A stretch of 64,000 nucleotides of DNA from Epiperipatus broadwayi (taxonomy: Eukaryota; Animalia; Onychophora), in assembly GCA_028023455.1 (NCBI GenBank), contig JAQFVV010000010.1, positions 3,906,001 through 3,970,000 on the forward strand, read 5' to 3'. Numbering within the stretch: the first letter of the stretch is position 1; the number at the start of each line of letters is the position of its first letter. Shown one piece after another: positions 51,040 through 64,000 of the stretch. The position numbers were made by a program, and so were the translations under genes. Below the pieces are notes generated by a model. It saw only the letters and a program-made list of their open reading frames with translations. It was not told where the DNA came from and ran no database searches.

Positions 51040-53400
51040 TTTATTGGAAATGGCAGGTCAGTCAATGAAAGGATAATGCATGGTGTTGGATTGTTGTAAG
51101 TTCTAATTTAGTATCTTCTAACCTTTGGAAATCCTTATTGTATCAATGAAAGACTAGTGATTTTAAAGTTCAACTTGCACCATGGCACTAATGATCATTT
51201 TATTAGTGTTCATACTCCAATCTTTGATTCAGAGAAGGAAAGCTGTTATTTCTTCTTGGATAGGATTATCACAGCAATACCATTAAAAAAAAATTTTTTT
51301 TCTTAGAAATTTTAATGCATGCATTAGTACAAAAGTTATTGGAAATAATAGTAACCATTAAAAAAAAATTTTTTTTAGAAATTTTAATGCATGCATTAGT
51401 ACAAAAGTTATTGGAAATAATAGTATCGGTGCCATAAATTCAAATCACTTGTTATTAAACTTTTGCACTATATAGATTGATTAGACTATATATAGGAAAA
51501 AAATTGTTAACATGGATATATCCATGGTCTAAACAATGGCATTTAATAGATTACATTATACTTATCCCCAAGAAATTGATTTTCATTCTTAAAAAAAATA
51601 TATTCTTCGCACTAAATTTCAACACCAGGGCTGTCATATTAACCAAACATGGAATTCTCTTATATAATATGTTATGAATACGAGTAAATGCACATAATAA
51701 CCATTTCTTATACTGTTTAAATCCATTTTTGGGTTCAATAAAATGAAGAATCATAACTAGATTTCTGACAATGATCTTATTTGAAGAAAACATGGCATTA
51801 TCTGCTTGATAAAATAATAGATTAAATGTGGAATAGTGGAAGATACAGACATTCACCGATAATGATCATTTTGGGGTTTCTTTTGATGCACTGAAGGTGA
51901 CGTAAGAACTTGAGAAAGGGTATTACAATTCCTATCAAATCCAGAAATGGTAATCATATGATATTTTAAACAAGTGTAAAGAGCATTTTGATCATTTTCT
52001 GAATAATGAGATGTACTGAGATGATAACTTTTAACGATACATTCATTTTATTTCCTCATTTACATTTGGACAAAGATATTCAACTAAGTAAAATCAAAAC
52101 AGCTAAATTGAAAGACTGCAGGTCCTGAAGAAATAGATGAAGTTGTAAAATATGGCAATAATATTTTAGCATCAAAATATTGGGATTTTTTAGAAATATA
52201 CGGATTCATGAAGTTGTCCCATCTGATCTTAAAGATGCTTTTATTTTTCTAATTTTTAAAAACAATGGAAATATACAAGATTGCAGTAATTATTGTGGAT
52301 ATCATTATCTACTACAGAATAGGTACTTTCAATAATTTTGTTGAATAAACTGCTTCTGTTCATATTAGCAGACTCTACATGATTTTAGATAACCAATAAA
52401 CATGAATATATATGAGGCAAATGCAAAAAAAGTGACGATTTAGTTAAAGCATTTGATTCTGTTAATAAGATAGATCTATGGCATAGTTATCCATCAAAAT
52501 TTATTCATAATATAGTTTTTATATGAAATGAAAATTGGTGTTAAACATGCTCCAACATTGTTTTCAATTTTCATATAGCAATGGTCTTTGGAATTTTTTA
52601 TAAAAGGCTTAAATAAATAGGGATCAAGATATAATTATAGATATGATAGTGGAATTTTTAATTTAAATTGATTTAAAACAATAACAATAACTTCTTGAAT
52701 TCTGGATTGATACTATACTGATGATGTGCTATTTTTTCCAACAACAAAAGATGATCTCCAAAATATACTTAATGTTTTGAATGCAGCAAATATAAAGTTT
52801 GGTTTATCAATTATTATTCAAAAATCAGGAATAATGGAAGTCTTCAGCAACTTTTAACTTGAATAGTTATTAACTTGAAAATGTGAAGCCAACATAAATT
52901 CTTGGTAGCTTTTTAAATACAAAGATAGACATAGATATTGAGGTGCAGTGCAGATTCCAAGGTGATATTGCTGTTTTTAACAAGTTAAAAGATAGAAGAT
53001 TTCATCATAGGAAAATAACTATTGCAACCAAGTTGTACAGAAAACAATTATTTTATCTAATTTATTATATAGAAGTAAAATGTAGTGCAAAAAAGTTTCA
53101 TTTAAGAATGTCCCATAAAATTTTTAAAATACAATGGCAAGATCATAAAAGCAATCATTATGTTCTTCAACTTGATGTGATACTATGAAGTCCATTATTG
53201 TAAAATCACACCTTTGTTAGATTAAATATTTAAATGTATGATTAATGCAAGACTTCCTTTATAAAAAGGTGTTTTATAGTGAACTTAAGCATGGTACACC
53301 CTGTTTATGTTATACGGATTATTTCAAAAATATTCTAAAGTACAATGTCAATTGTTTCCATTGGGAAGATAGGCAGAAAATAGAATACATTATTGGTGAG
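51040..53400 (+). mobile_element. Old decayed RTE-like LINE (APE + RT), antisense within the right arm
   Basis: TWIYPWSKQWHLIDYII (~51510-51560), LVKAFDSVN (~52440-52468), GVKHAPTLF (~52537-52563) and YTDDVL (~52712-52730). Confidence 0.8.
51279..51424. repeat. ~73-bp tandem duplication (x2)
   Basis: accattaaaaaaaaattttttt...gttattggaaataatagta occurs twice. Confidence 0.9.
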
Positions 53401-56400
53401 CTACAACTAGATATGTTTTGTTAACATAGTTCAGAAAGAGGTTTTCTGCTGAAGAAATTATAAGATAACATTGTAAAATATCAAGTAAACAAAATAATAG
53501 AAAAGTATGTTCCATATGTGGATGAATTTGTATTTCAGCGAATGATTTTTGTAATCATCTCATTTCTAGGTATTTTCCCTCTCCCTCTTTTTTTCCTTTT
53601 TCTTTTTTTTCTGAGTTAGGACAGCTATACTTGTTTATGAATGGCTGTTTATTATTACAGCATTCTAAATAAGCATTTATCATTTTTTTCCTTCCTTCAT
53701 TAATATAAAAATTAAATAACAATATTATTAATTAATAAGTTTAATATCTATTGCATGTACATTTGCAGTATATTCTACATATATACACATTTTATATCAG
53801 TAAAGCATCTTTACATCAATCATTTACTCTTTTCCCATCTCGCTTTCTTATTGTAAAAATTGTTGTCAGTTTGTCTAGCATTTTTTTCTCCCCTTTCATT
53901 TAATGCCCATAATATTATGTGTAGTTCAGCATTTAAAGTTTCTCTTTTTATTTATTTATTTATTATTATTTTGTAGTAAAACCATGATAATGTAGTAAAT
54001 GTTTTTTTAAAAAACAATGCTATTTACTAAACAAAATAAAAAAAGTAAAAATCCCAAATTTAAATAGAGAAGTCAAAGAAAAAAAATCAAAATTAAAAGA
54101 ATGATGGTCATATACGCTTATAAATATACTTGTATTTAAAATATATACATATTTTATTTTTACTATATTGTCATTATTATTACTTTTAAAATATAACTTT
54201 ATTTTGGATAATGAGGGTAATTGGTTTCCCAAAACTCATTATAAAACAAAAATCTGTATAGAAAAAAAGCAATCTTAATGGTTTCTCATGGTAAAAATTT
54301 AAATTGTTATTATAGATTCAAAACATAACATAAAATTTGATCCAATAAAAAGGTTTAAAACTGAAAAAGTGATAATTCATGAAAAAATAATTTATTAGAC
54401 ATTATTAATTAAAACTTCCACTAATCTACGAGTAAATATAGTATATAATTTGTTGATTTTTAAGCACAAAACCATTACTATGAAAGTTTTTTTATTTTAA
54501 ATAATGTTATAGTAACAGTCCCATTTTGAAATCATGTTGTCAAAACTGATATCCTGTTGAATTATAATTTGTTAAAATAAAATATATAAAAATAAAAATA
54601 ACTGTAACTATTAGAATTAGAAGTTACACTTTCAATTCTTTTTGGTGTACTGCATGTGTGTGTATATATATATAATCAATGTTTTGTTTTGTTTTTTGTA
54701 ATTATCTTATGAGTGAAATTCTTAATTTTTTTTTATCTCATTCTGTTCTAAAATGACTGTCTTTACGAAAATGAAGTCAAATTAAAAATTAAATTACCAA
54801 ATGTCATGTACAATACCCATTTATAAATTCATTTTTGATGCAGCTGATTCTTATTTGTAATCAAATTTTATTATATGCAATGATTATTTAACTTTATGAT
54901 TAAAGGCATTCAGATATTAACAATTGTAACATTTAATAATAACTAGGTAAATAAATCATATTTTAGCTACTCAACACATTTTTCAATGTACGTTTAGTGC
55001 TTCATTACTGTGTGTGACCATTTTTTGTTTTTGTTTTTTTACGTAATGATTAAAACCTTTTTTTCCCCCAACAAACTTGTTTATGATTATGAAAAAGACA
55101 TTTTAACTCATGAATATATTTTTCAATTTATTTTTAATGTTCTTCAATACTTTATCTGATGACCTTTTTTTGTTACTTGGGTAATAATTAAAATTACTTA
55201 TTATGATGAGAATAATTGTAATATAAACAATTTAGATGGTAGCAAGTGTATTTTATGAGAACATTTAATAAAAATTAGATAAATAAATCTTATTATAGCT
55301 AATATACACATTTTCCAATTTATTTTTAATAATTAACCCTTTGAATGTCAAGATCAGATCATAGTTAAAAACTTGCATATAAAATCATATAGTTATTTTA
55401 CACATACATTAGCATAATAAGATGCCATAATATCTTACAAACAATTATAGCAAGCACTATGTATACTCCAATCAACATTGGAAATCAATATATAGTCTAT
55501 AGGACATAATATTTATCTAGTAGCATGTACTATGAATTATAATTTTTTGATTTGATCACATTTCTGTAGCATTTAACAATATATTATCTAAATATTTATG
55601 TTTCGACTTTTTTTTTTTTTAGTATTTCATTAGTACCCAGAAAATTTTCTGCCTTTTTTTAAAATCTCTTACCTTCTACTAAAATTATTGCAATGCTTTG
55701 TTCTGTTGCTATTATAAATTTTAAAAGATATTCCCCTAGCACTTTAATTCATATTTTTCAGCAATTAAAAAATTGGTAGAATCCGCTAAAAATAATTGAT
55801 TCCATCAGAGCCTTACTACATTCATTGTAGCTCACAATGAAATATATGTATTATATAAGAGTAATCCATTATAGGACCCCAGCCTAGAACAAAGTTACCA
55901 TCCACAACAATCATTTAAACAGGAAAATATAATAGAAATATCAAAAATGTAAATAAAAAATACATACAAAATTAATTGCTGTACATAATGTACAATTCAA
56001 TTTTAATTAAAAATAAAATAAAACTTTTAAAAGCATAAAGTGAAATGTAAACAAATTTAACCTCAACCATTGCATGGATTTTTTCAAAAATGAATATATT
56101 ATTTGCCTTTTTTTTTTTTAACCTATCATTTCCTTTTGATCCTGTTGCCTGTGCAAATTTTTAATTCATCCTCATTTTTAAAAATAGCATAGATCATTCA
56201 TTTAGCATATTGTATTCAAAACTCAAATTACTTTCTATTTTATTTATTTCTCTTTTAGAAATAATCATATTTTCCATTCAATACTGATCATATTTGTACA
56301 TGCATGAACACAAATTTTTTTTAAATAATAAAGATGAAACAAGAAACAAATTGTAGAAGAAAAACTAAATGAAATATGACAAAGATTAAGGCAAAAATGA

Positions 56401-58032
56401 AAGTGCTGTGCACATGCTCATTGTAACATTTGCTATTTCAGCCAATAGGAATTGTCATTTTAGTTATTCTATGTTTAGCATTTAAATTTCTGACATTTTT
56501 ACTGTATTTTCACTTCAAAATTATTTTTTGACAACAATGAATAATAAGATTTTAAATTCTGCATTTATGGTTATAAATGATTAGAATATGTGCCCAGAAG
56601 AATACTTTTTTAACTATATTTTCACTAGCATGCTAAAGATAAAACTAGATAAGCAAACTAAATTGATAATTAAATCTTTTGTGATAAAAATGTTTGCTAA
56701 TCTCATATTAGCTGCATGTATTTGCATTTGTTCTACAATACTTAATTTAGATATTAAAAAAAAGCCTCATTGCACAAAATTGTTCACTATAAGCCTTCAT
56801 ACTATATAACAGTTCAGTTATACTTCAAAAATAGTTTTTTAATAAATAATAACTGCTTATTTATAATTTTTAATAGGCTGCTCTTCTATAGTTTTTATAT
56901 AACTATTATTTATTTCTCCAGTTCCTTGAAAAACAAGATGAAAGTTCATTATACTACATTTTAAATCAAATCATGTAAATATAAATTCTTTTATAACACT
57001 TAATATATGTACATATATATTTTAATCAAAAACATATTAATTTTTAACTGCTTTCATTTCTTACTCCGATTCATTTTTTTTTCTCTTTATCTTGCCATTC
57101 CATTCTTTCATATCATTATCCATTTCTTTTAGTCTTTCACTATTATTTTTTTTCTGCCAATTTCTAAAATGTTTTGTAATTAGAACATAAATTTGAAAAA
57201 TTATTATGATGTTAATTCAAAACAATTTTCTCATTTATTCTCAAAACTTTGTTTTACTATAACCATTGCTACCTTTTCCTAGTGTGAAAAATACATATCT
57301 TCTTAATATTATATATAATCTTTTCACCTCACTACAAATACATTTGCAGTTTCCCTTCTCTTTTTTGACATTTCTTACTTCACAGACTCTTTATTGTAAC
57401 GCTCCGATGAGCAATATAGAAACTAATATATGCAGATTAAAAATACTTGGAAAAGTCCTCTTAATTCTTTTCAACATATATTTTAAATATTAAAATAATA
57501 ATAAGCAAAATAAATTAATAGTTTAGAAGACAATAATAATAATAAAGTAAATAAGTAGTAATCATATGGTAAATTGTTTGAGAGTTCGTGGGACATTCAA
57601 TCATTCTATTGCCAGATCAAGAATTTAGCAGCTCCATTCATTTAACCTAGTTTTTATTTTTTTAATTACGTTAGTGTCACTGAGAAATAATTATGGAAAC
57701 TCCAGCTTCACATTCGAGAATGTACACTGCAATGAACAATTACATTAAGTAAATAAACTAATATAATAATATGATAGACTGATAATTAATATGAAAATAA
57801 AAAGTATAAATAAATTAATAAAATTTAAATAAAATCTCTAAATAATTTTAAAATGATTTGATATTAGTAATAATATAAAAAGATAATGTGTTTAATTATC
57901 ATTTACTAAATAATCATCCCAATATCTTTTTTATTAACCTATATAATAGAATTTAACACATTTATAGAAAATGGTATAAATAAATAAAAAATTTTGCTTA
58001 ACACAATGTTCATGATAAATAAATTTCAGTTA

Positions 58033-58120
58033 AATGCTATTTGTATTTGGTTCATTAATATTCAAAAATTGATATAATGTACGTGATTAAACAGAAAACA
58101 ATGTGTGTGTGTGTGCGTGC

Positions 58121-58153
<33 letters not shown>

Positions 58154-61100
58154 GAGAGAGAGAGGGGAAAATCAAATAAATGAAAGTTAGTTAATTGAAA
58201 TTTCATTTAATAATATTTGTGTTAGGATTTTTAATAAATATAAAAATACATTATTAACATATTAGATTTATTTATTTTTGACTATTATGATTTTTAATAA
58301 ATATACACTAAAAATACATTATTAACATATTAGTTTAATTTATTTTTGACTTCCAAAATGATACAAATCAATACAAAAAAAAAAACTTGAAATAAAAAGT
58401 ATGTAATAAATGAATTTCAAAGTAGAGAAAAATTATGATTATATAGATAATTATGGACTAATGAATTCAGCTACAATAAAATATAGATATCAAAACTAAT
58501 ACTTCTCATTTTTTCCCAAATCATACAATAATTTAAGTAATAGAGCCTTTTACTAAAAAGAAGGGGACTTATTTATGAAAAAGTTAAAGTTAATCTTAAA
58601 TATTTGAGAAAAAAACATTTCGACACTTACGTATTAGACTTACTGTGAAATATCACATACATAATAGTCCAGCGATAATCTTCTAACCTTGCATCTTATA
58701 AAATAATATCTGCACAGGTCTTCTGACAGATTTAATCCACCAATTTTCATAAATGATGACTATAACTTTAGTTAGTACAAATATACAAACACGTATTTAT
58801 GTTTTGAAGCAAAGAATTATTTGCAAAAATGACTAAAACTAATCTTATTTTGTACAAAATGGCGACCTATAACTTTATTTACCGGAAATACATGAACAAA
58901 TATTTACGTTTTTTATTTTTTGCGAAAAATGATAGCAATATACATTTATTCCAATAAAAAAAGAAAAACGAAAAATTGTTTCTTGCAATCACTCGGGTGG
59001 ACTGAGGTATTTTTTGTATTGTAAAATGGAAACGAAAGTATACCTATGATTTACATGAAAATGCTTATATTCCAGTAGCTTGCAATCATCACTTTTACAG
59101 AATTTTGAATTTTTCTAGAGATATCAAGCTACATGTACAAACTTTAGTAGAATGCATTGTCCTCGGTAGCAAGCAGTTCCCAAATTTTAATCATTTCACT
59201 GGATAAGATGTTCAAAAAATTCACTCGACAAAAATTAAAGCTGAACATTAAATCACATATACACTTTACTCTCTCCAGATGATCGATTAGTCATCCCAGC
59301 ATTCTATCATGACATCACAATATACTTTAAATCATAAAATTAGTAGCTGAATCAACATTTTGAGTTACAACTATATTCTGATCGGAATATTATCTTAAAA
59401 AAAGTAATTATTTTCCTTTTTATTGTAAATGTGTTTAATTCGGTCCTTATATAGACATTGTTTGTACATCTATTTTCATTACAGCAAATCCAAGATGTAA
59501 GTACCATAATTTCAAATTAAAGATTCTATATCTAAAAAATGTAAAAGAAATATGTGGTTTGACAATTTTATGAAACATGCACAAATTAAAAGTGCAATTC
59601 TGCATTGTGAAATCTAAAAATGTATTGAATATGATTTTCGTAAATATGTGGATGAAATTTAATGTAAATTATAAAACTACGGTCTTACAAAATAAAATGC
59701 AAAAAAAAAATACTTATAGGAGTTAAGAAAAGAAGCCAAATTATCTGAAATGCTTTATTCTTTTTGTTTGGAGATTTAAAATTGAATCATTGTTAATTTT
59801 AAAAATCTGAGTTTATGAGCAATTTAAAATTTTGAACTTGTAGAGCATTATTTTAGTAATAAAAAAAATTTTTTGAATCATCAAATCTTTGCTCTACAAA
59901 TGGCTATGTGAGATATTTTGTCCCATAATAAAATCATTCATGGAAAAAAATTTCTCATCCAAAGATTTATCAGCAAATTATGAGATACAAAGAATCTTTT
60001 TACTATAAAATTCCTGTCATCAACATAGCAATATAACATCAATCTTCCTGGATCATCAATATTCAACAATTTCAGGCAATGTTTTACTGATATATATTGT
60101 GACCCTGGCTTTGCCAAGAAAGCTAGTATTTCGTTATTGCTGACATTTAATGAAAAAAAAAAAATTATAAGAAGCATTTATTACGTTTAACTACCTCTGT
60201 AAATTATATAAGCATAGACAAGTCTAAATAGTCAATGATTAAAATATTTGTCATAAATAGACATATTATATTTTACTTTACTGTATGCTAATAAAAATAT
60301 TTAAATTTATGATATGTGTTAATAAATTAAATCTAAAATGTAACTTATCATATTAGAAGTTTAGATTAGTTAATACAAGTTAGACTAATTACATTAGTAC
60401 CTGAATTAAACCTAATACAGATTAAATTAATTTAATGTTAAAATTTAAGACATAATTATTATAATTCAAATAGAATATTTATTTAAAATAATTTGTATTA
60501 GTAATCAGTCTAAAACTGAGTTTAAGAGATTAAAATAATAATCAATATTGCTATTCAAACTTTGTATTTGATAGTTAAAAGATATGGAATGAGTTCTAAA
60601 TGTGTGAGTAAGCATGTTTGCAATAATAATTTTAACTTTTATTTGTTAATGAAAATATTTCTTTGTAATATTTAATATTTAGAGTATTTTATTTGATTAA
60701 AACTTAAATTAAATATTAATGAACCTCTAATATTATTCATTCATATAATTTAAAAGAATTTAAAGAAGTTAATAAAATTAGATAATATTTATTTTATATT
60801 ATTTTATTTAACAATATAACTTGGTTGATGGGAAATTCCTAGACTATCATGTGATCATCTGATGATTTTACTACTAAATCTAGATTTAGATAAAAGACCA
60901 ATCAACTGTTAATTTAAAGGTGGAGAAATCAAAAGGAAATAATGTTTCTTGTCAATCAGAATGATTGACAATTGACATTGGGGAATTGCATCAAAAAGGG
61001 CAGGGGCAACAAAATGAAAGAAGAAAAATGAAGGGAAGTTTATTTTCCTGCTGCCCATAAGAATTGCAGAAGAAGTTTAAATTTTGAAAAGTCAAAAGTA

Positions 61101-64000
61101 AAAAAGAAATTTTAATAAGTTTTTTTTTTTTTGCTAAAGTAAAAATGAATGCGTAAAACTATATCAGATACTGGTTCTCATCCGAATCAGGGGATCTAAA
61201 TCAAATGTTAAAGGAAGAATTTATAAACAAGTTGTCAATTAATTGTTTAAAGATGATGAAAGCATTGTTTTCTGGAGCCAAAGTGTTACAGGTATTCCGT
61301 TTAAATTATCTTAATTCAGTTAAAAACTTTATTCATGATGAACTGTCTAAATTTCTTATTTGGAAACAGATATATTGGAAGTTTATCTTAGTGTTAACTA
61401 CAATGATTTTAATCTTCTGCTATAACTTGCTAAGATAATATAATTTGTCAGAAATCTTTAAAATGCTTTATTGTCTTTTGAAATTTCTTATTTTGAAGCA
61501 GACTCATTAGAGGTTTATGGTAGTAACTACAATAATTTTAGTAATCTGCTATAACTTGTTATGGTAATATGATTCATCAGAAACTTTTAAAATGTTTATT
61601 GTCTTTTGTCTCAGATAAAAATCTTTAATGAAGTAATTATTCATAAAAAAAGAATACTGTTGTGGTGAACACTAATAATTTTATTATCATAATAATTGTA
61701 TAGTTGCTTATCATACTGATTAAAAAGGAAATTATTGAGACTTTCACTTATAAATTAATATTCCTAATTTTGGAGAATTATTGATATAGAATTTTTGTCT
61801 TTGGTAAAATGTTAAATAATTAACAAAAAAAAATGTTATTTTAACCAAACAGCTATATGAAAATATTTGAATAAACCATATTATATATAAATGTTTCATA
61901 CAGAAAAATTGATTAATTATAAAAAAGATATATATGATAAATGTTGTATTAATATTACTTAAAAATTTACTTAGCTTGATAGAGAAGTGTTAAGGAGCAA
62001 ACCGCTATATTACATGTTGTATCTGAGAAAACCTTGCTTGAATTGGAAAAGAAGAATATGTATTAAATGCTAAATTAAAAATGATTATCTACATAAAAAA
62101 AGTGCAATCAGTGTAATGTGATAAAAGTGTTGAACTGTTCTGTCAGGTGTATGTGTAATAATTCGTGAAATAATAGCTATTCATTTATTTATTTATATTT
62201 TCTTTGTGTGTGTGTGTGTGTAGAAGTCTTAAAAAAGAACTATTAATGCAAATGCATTTGTTGAATTATATTATCAGCGTACATAGAAGCTCCTTATGTG
62301 TTGAATTGTTAGACCAGGAATTGTGCCAGATTAAGAACTTGAGTATATTTTCTTTTTATTTTTAAAAAAAAAAAGTTTTGGTAAAATTTATGCTTACTAA
62401 ATTTAAGTTATGTATTATAAAATATATTATTGTATGCTATTTTAAATATTAAGAGTTTTATATTTTATATTGTACGATCTAACATGCCTAATAGAGGTTC
62501 ACTTATTATTATTGTTAGCATTAATGATACTAAGCTATATAATGACTTAGTATAAGTTATTTAAAATAGTATTGCTATGCCCTTTATTATAAGAATGTTA
62601 TTTATAGTGAATGTTATATGTTTATGAAAATGGTGTATATTGCTTGTTTGTTTTAATTTCTAAAGGTTACATTTTATTCAGTCATATTTGACAATTATTA
62701 TTAGTTTATCGTTTTTATGCATTAATTTAGTATTATATTTATCAAGAGTTTAGAATTAATTCCTCTCTAGTATATGTGATATAAATTATCTGATCTTTGT
62801 GCATTTCCAAGGTATGCAAATTTTATTTCTGCCATGATGGTTAGGAGGATGAGCTTGGCTCTCTCATTAGTGTTGATATTGAAATAATTTAGAAATTTTA
62901 TTAGGAGATAGAGGGTTACTCTCTTCAATATTGGCGATATTTTTTTTGAGTGTTATTTTCTCATGTTTATGTTTGTAGTGTGTTGGTTCATTCCCGTTTA
63001 TTAAATATGTCTAGAGACAAAGTCCTAACAAATTTTATTGCTCCCAGATAGTAGGTGCTTATTCTGGGTTCATGCCATCACAGGTTTAGTGCTTTATTAG
63101 CTTTTCCTCTCGTAAATATCTTTGTTATTATATATTTACCACCATGTATGGTGTTATTAATATTTAGTATGTTGGTCATTAATAAGTTTTGTTATTTGAA
63201 GTGTATCATCTTCTTCAGGAACACTTTTAACTCCCTAATTGTAGGTTTGATAGTTTTGATGTATAATCTGTTTTGTTGTGTTTTCCAGCAAAACATAAAA
63301 TAAAACTGATAATGATTTATTCAAATTTATAAGTTTTATTATTAGACTAAAATAAACAATGTGCATCATAATGATCATCATCCAGATGCAAGTTATCACT
63401 GGACTGGTAAGATCTAAATCATTTAGCTTTACTCGTTGAGACAAATAGCACAGATTGTATGAGTGGATATGTGTAACCTCTGCAAATAATTGAAGGTTTT
63501 AGTAAAACTCTGATAGTTAAAGACCATAGTTAATAAATAATGCATGAATTAGTAAAGCTCATTATCAAATTATAGCATGATTTAGAGTGTGTATGCCGAA
63601 AGATATAACATGTATCATAAATTTATTAGTAGTGTATTAAAGTTATATTACTTGAATGGAGCAGAATATTAATTGAGAATAGTGAAAAATAAGTATTTTA
63701 TTTGAAGGGTAAATTTTCTTATAATAATTTTAATTGGTCAAATGAGCTTGTCCACCTAAATCCATTCTCCGTCATGGATATGTAATTCAGTCATGTCATG
63801 TGTTAATTTGAGAAATTTGAAATTGTAAAGTATTCTCCTGTAAGCAATTACATAAGACTGTTATAAATTTTTTTTTTTAATTCTTTAATGACCTTCCAAG
63901 CTATTTCATGTTTATGAAATTTTATTCATTATAAATAAATGATGTTTTGTTGTTTAATCTGGTGTAGTGTCTTTATAATGTTCTCGTTATTCACTAAATT
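58033..64000. repeat. Outer right arm of the inverted duplication (mirror of 33540-39515), continuing past the window end
   Basis: Reverse-complement identity of ~99%, with scattered substitutions and small indels (e.g. ~19 bp missing near 61731 relative to ~35811-35830). Confidence 0.97.

Overview
AT-rich animal (probably invertebrate) genomic DNA made mostly of retroelement remains. It contains one recognisable host coding exon, the start-codon exon of an RBM25-like splicing-factor gene at 31258-31363 (+). Left half: two copies of one decayed RTE LINE family (1-255 -, 3891-6725 +), a full-length Ty3/Gypsy LTR retrotransposon on the minus strand (12755-21883, ~1.66-kb LTRs, tRNA-Pro-like PBS), a hAT-type BED-finger remnant and a near-perfect 118-bp-arm hairpin (29027-29292). 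The right half is one giant fold-back centred at ~42640, inside the RT domain of a Tx1/L1-like LINE. Segment 39524-42592 mirrors 42684-45754, and 33540-39515 mirrors 58033-64000, with the mirror running off the window edge. The left arm lacks the 12.3 kb (45755-58032) present in the right arm, and its deletion junction carries a snap-back templated filler. The arms differ mostly by transitions (~0.5%), so they are two genuinely different copies. The sequence alone cannot show whether the head-to-head join at the apex is real or two haplotypes fused by the assembler. I found no tRNA, rRNA or CRISPR array. All alignments and counts were done by eye, without tools.
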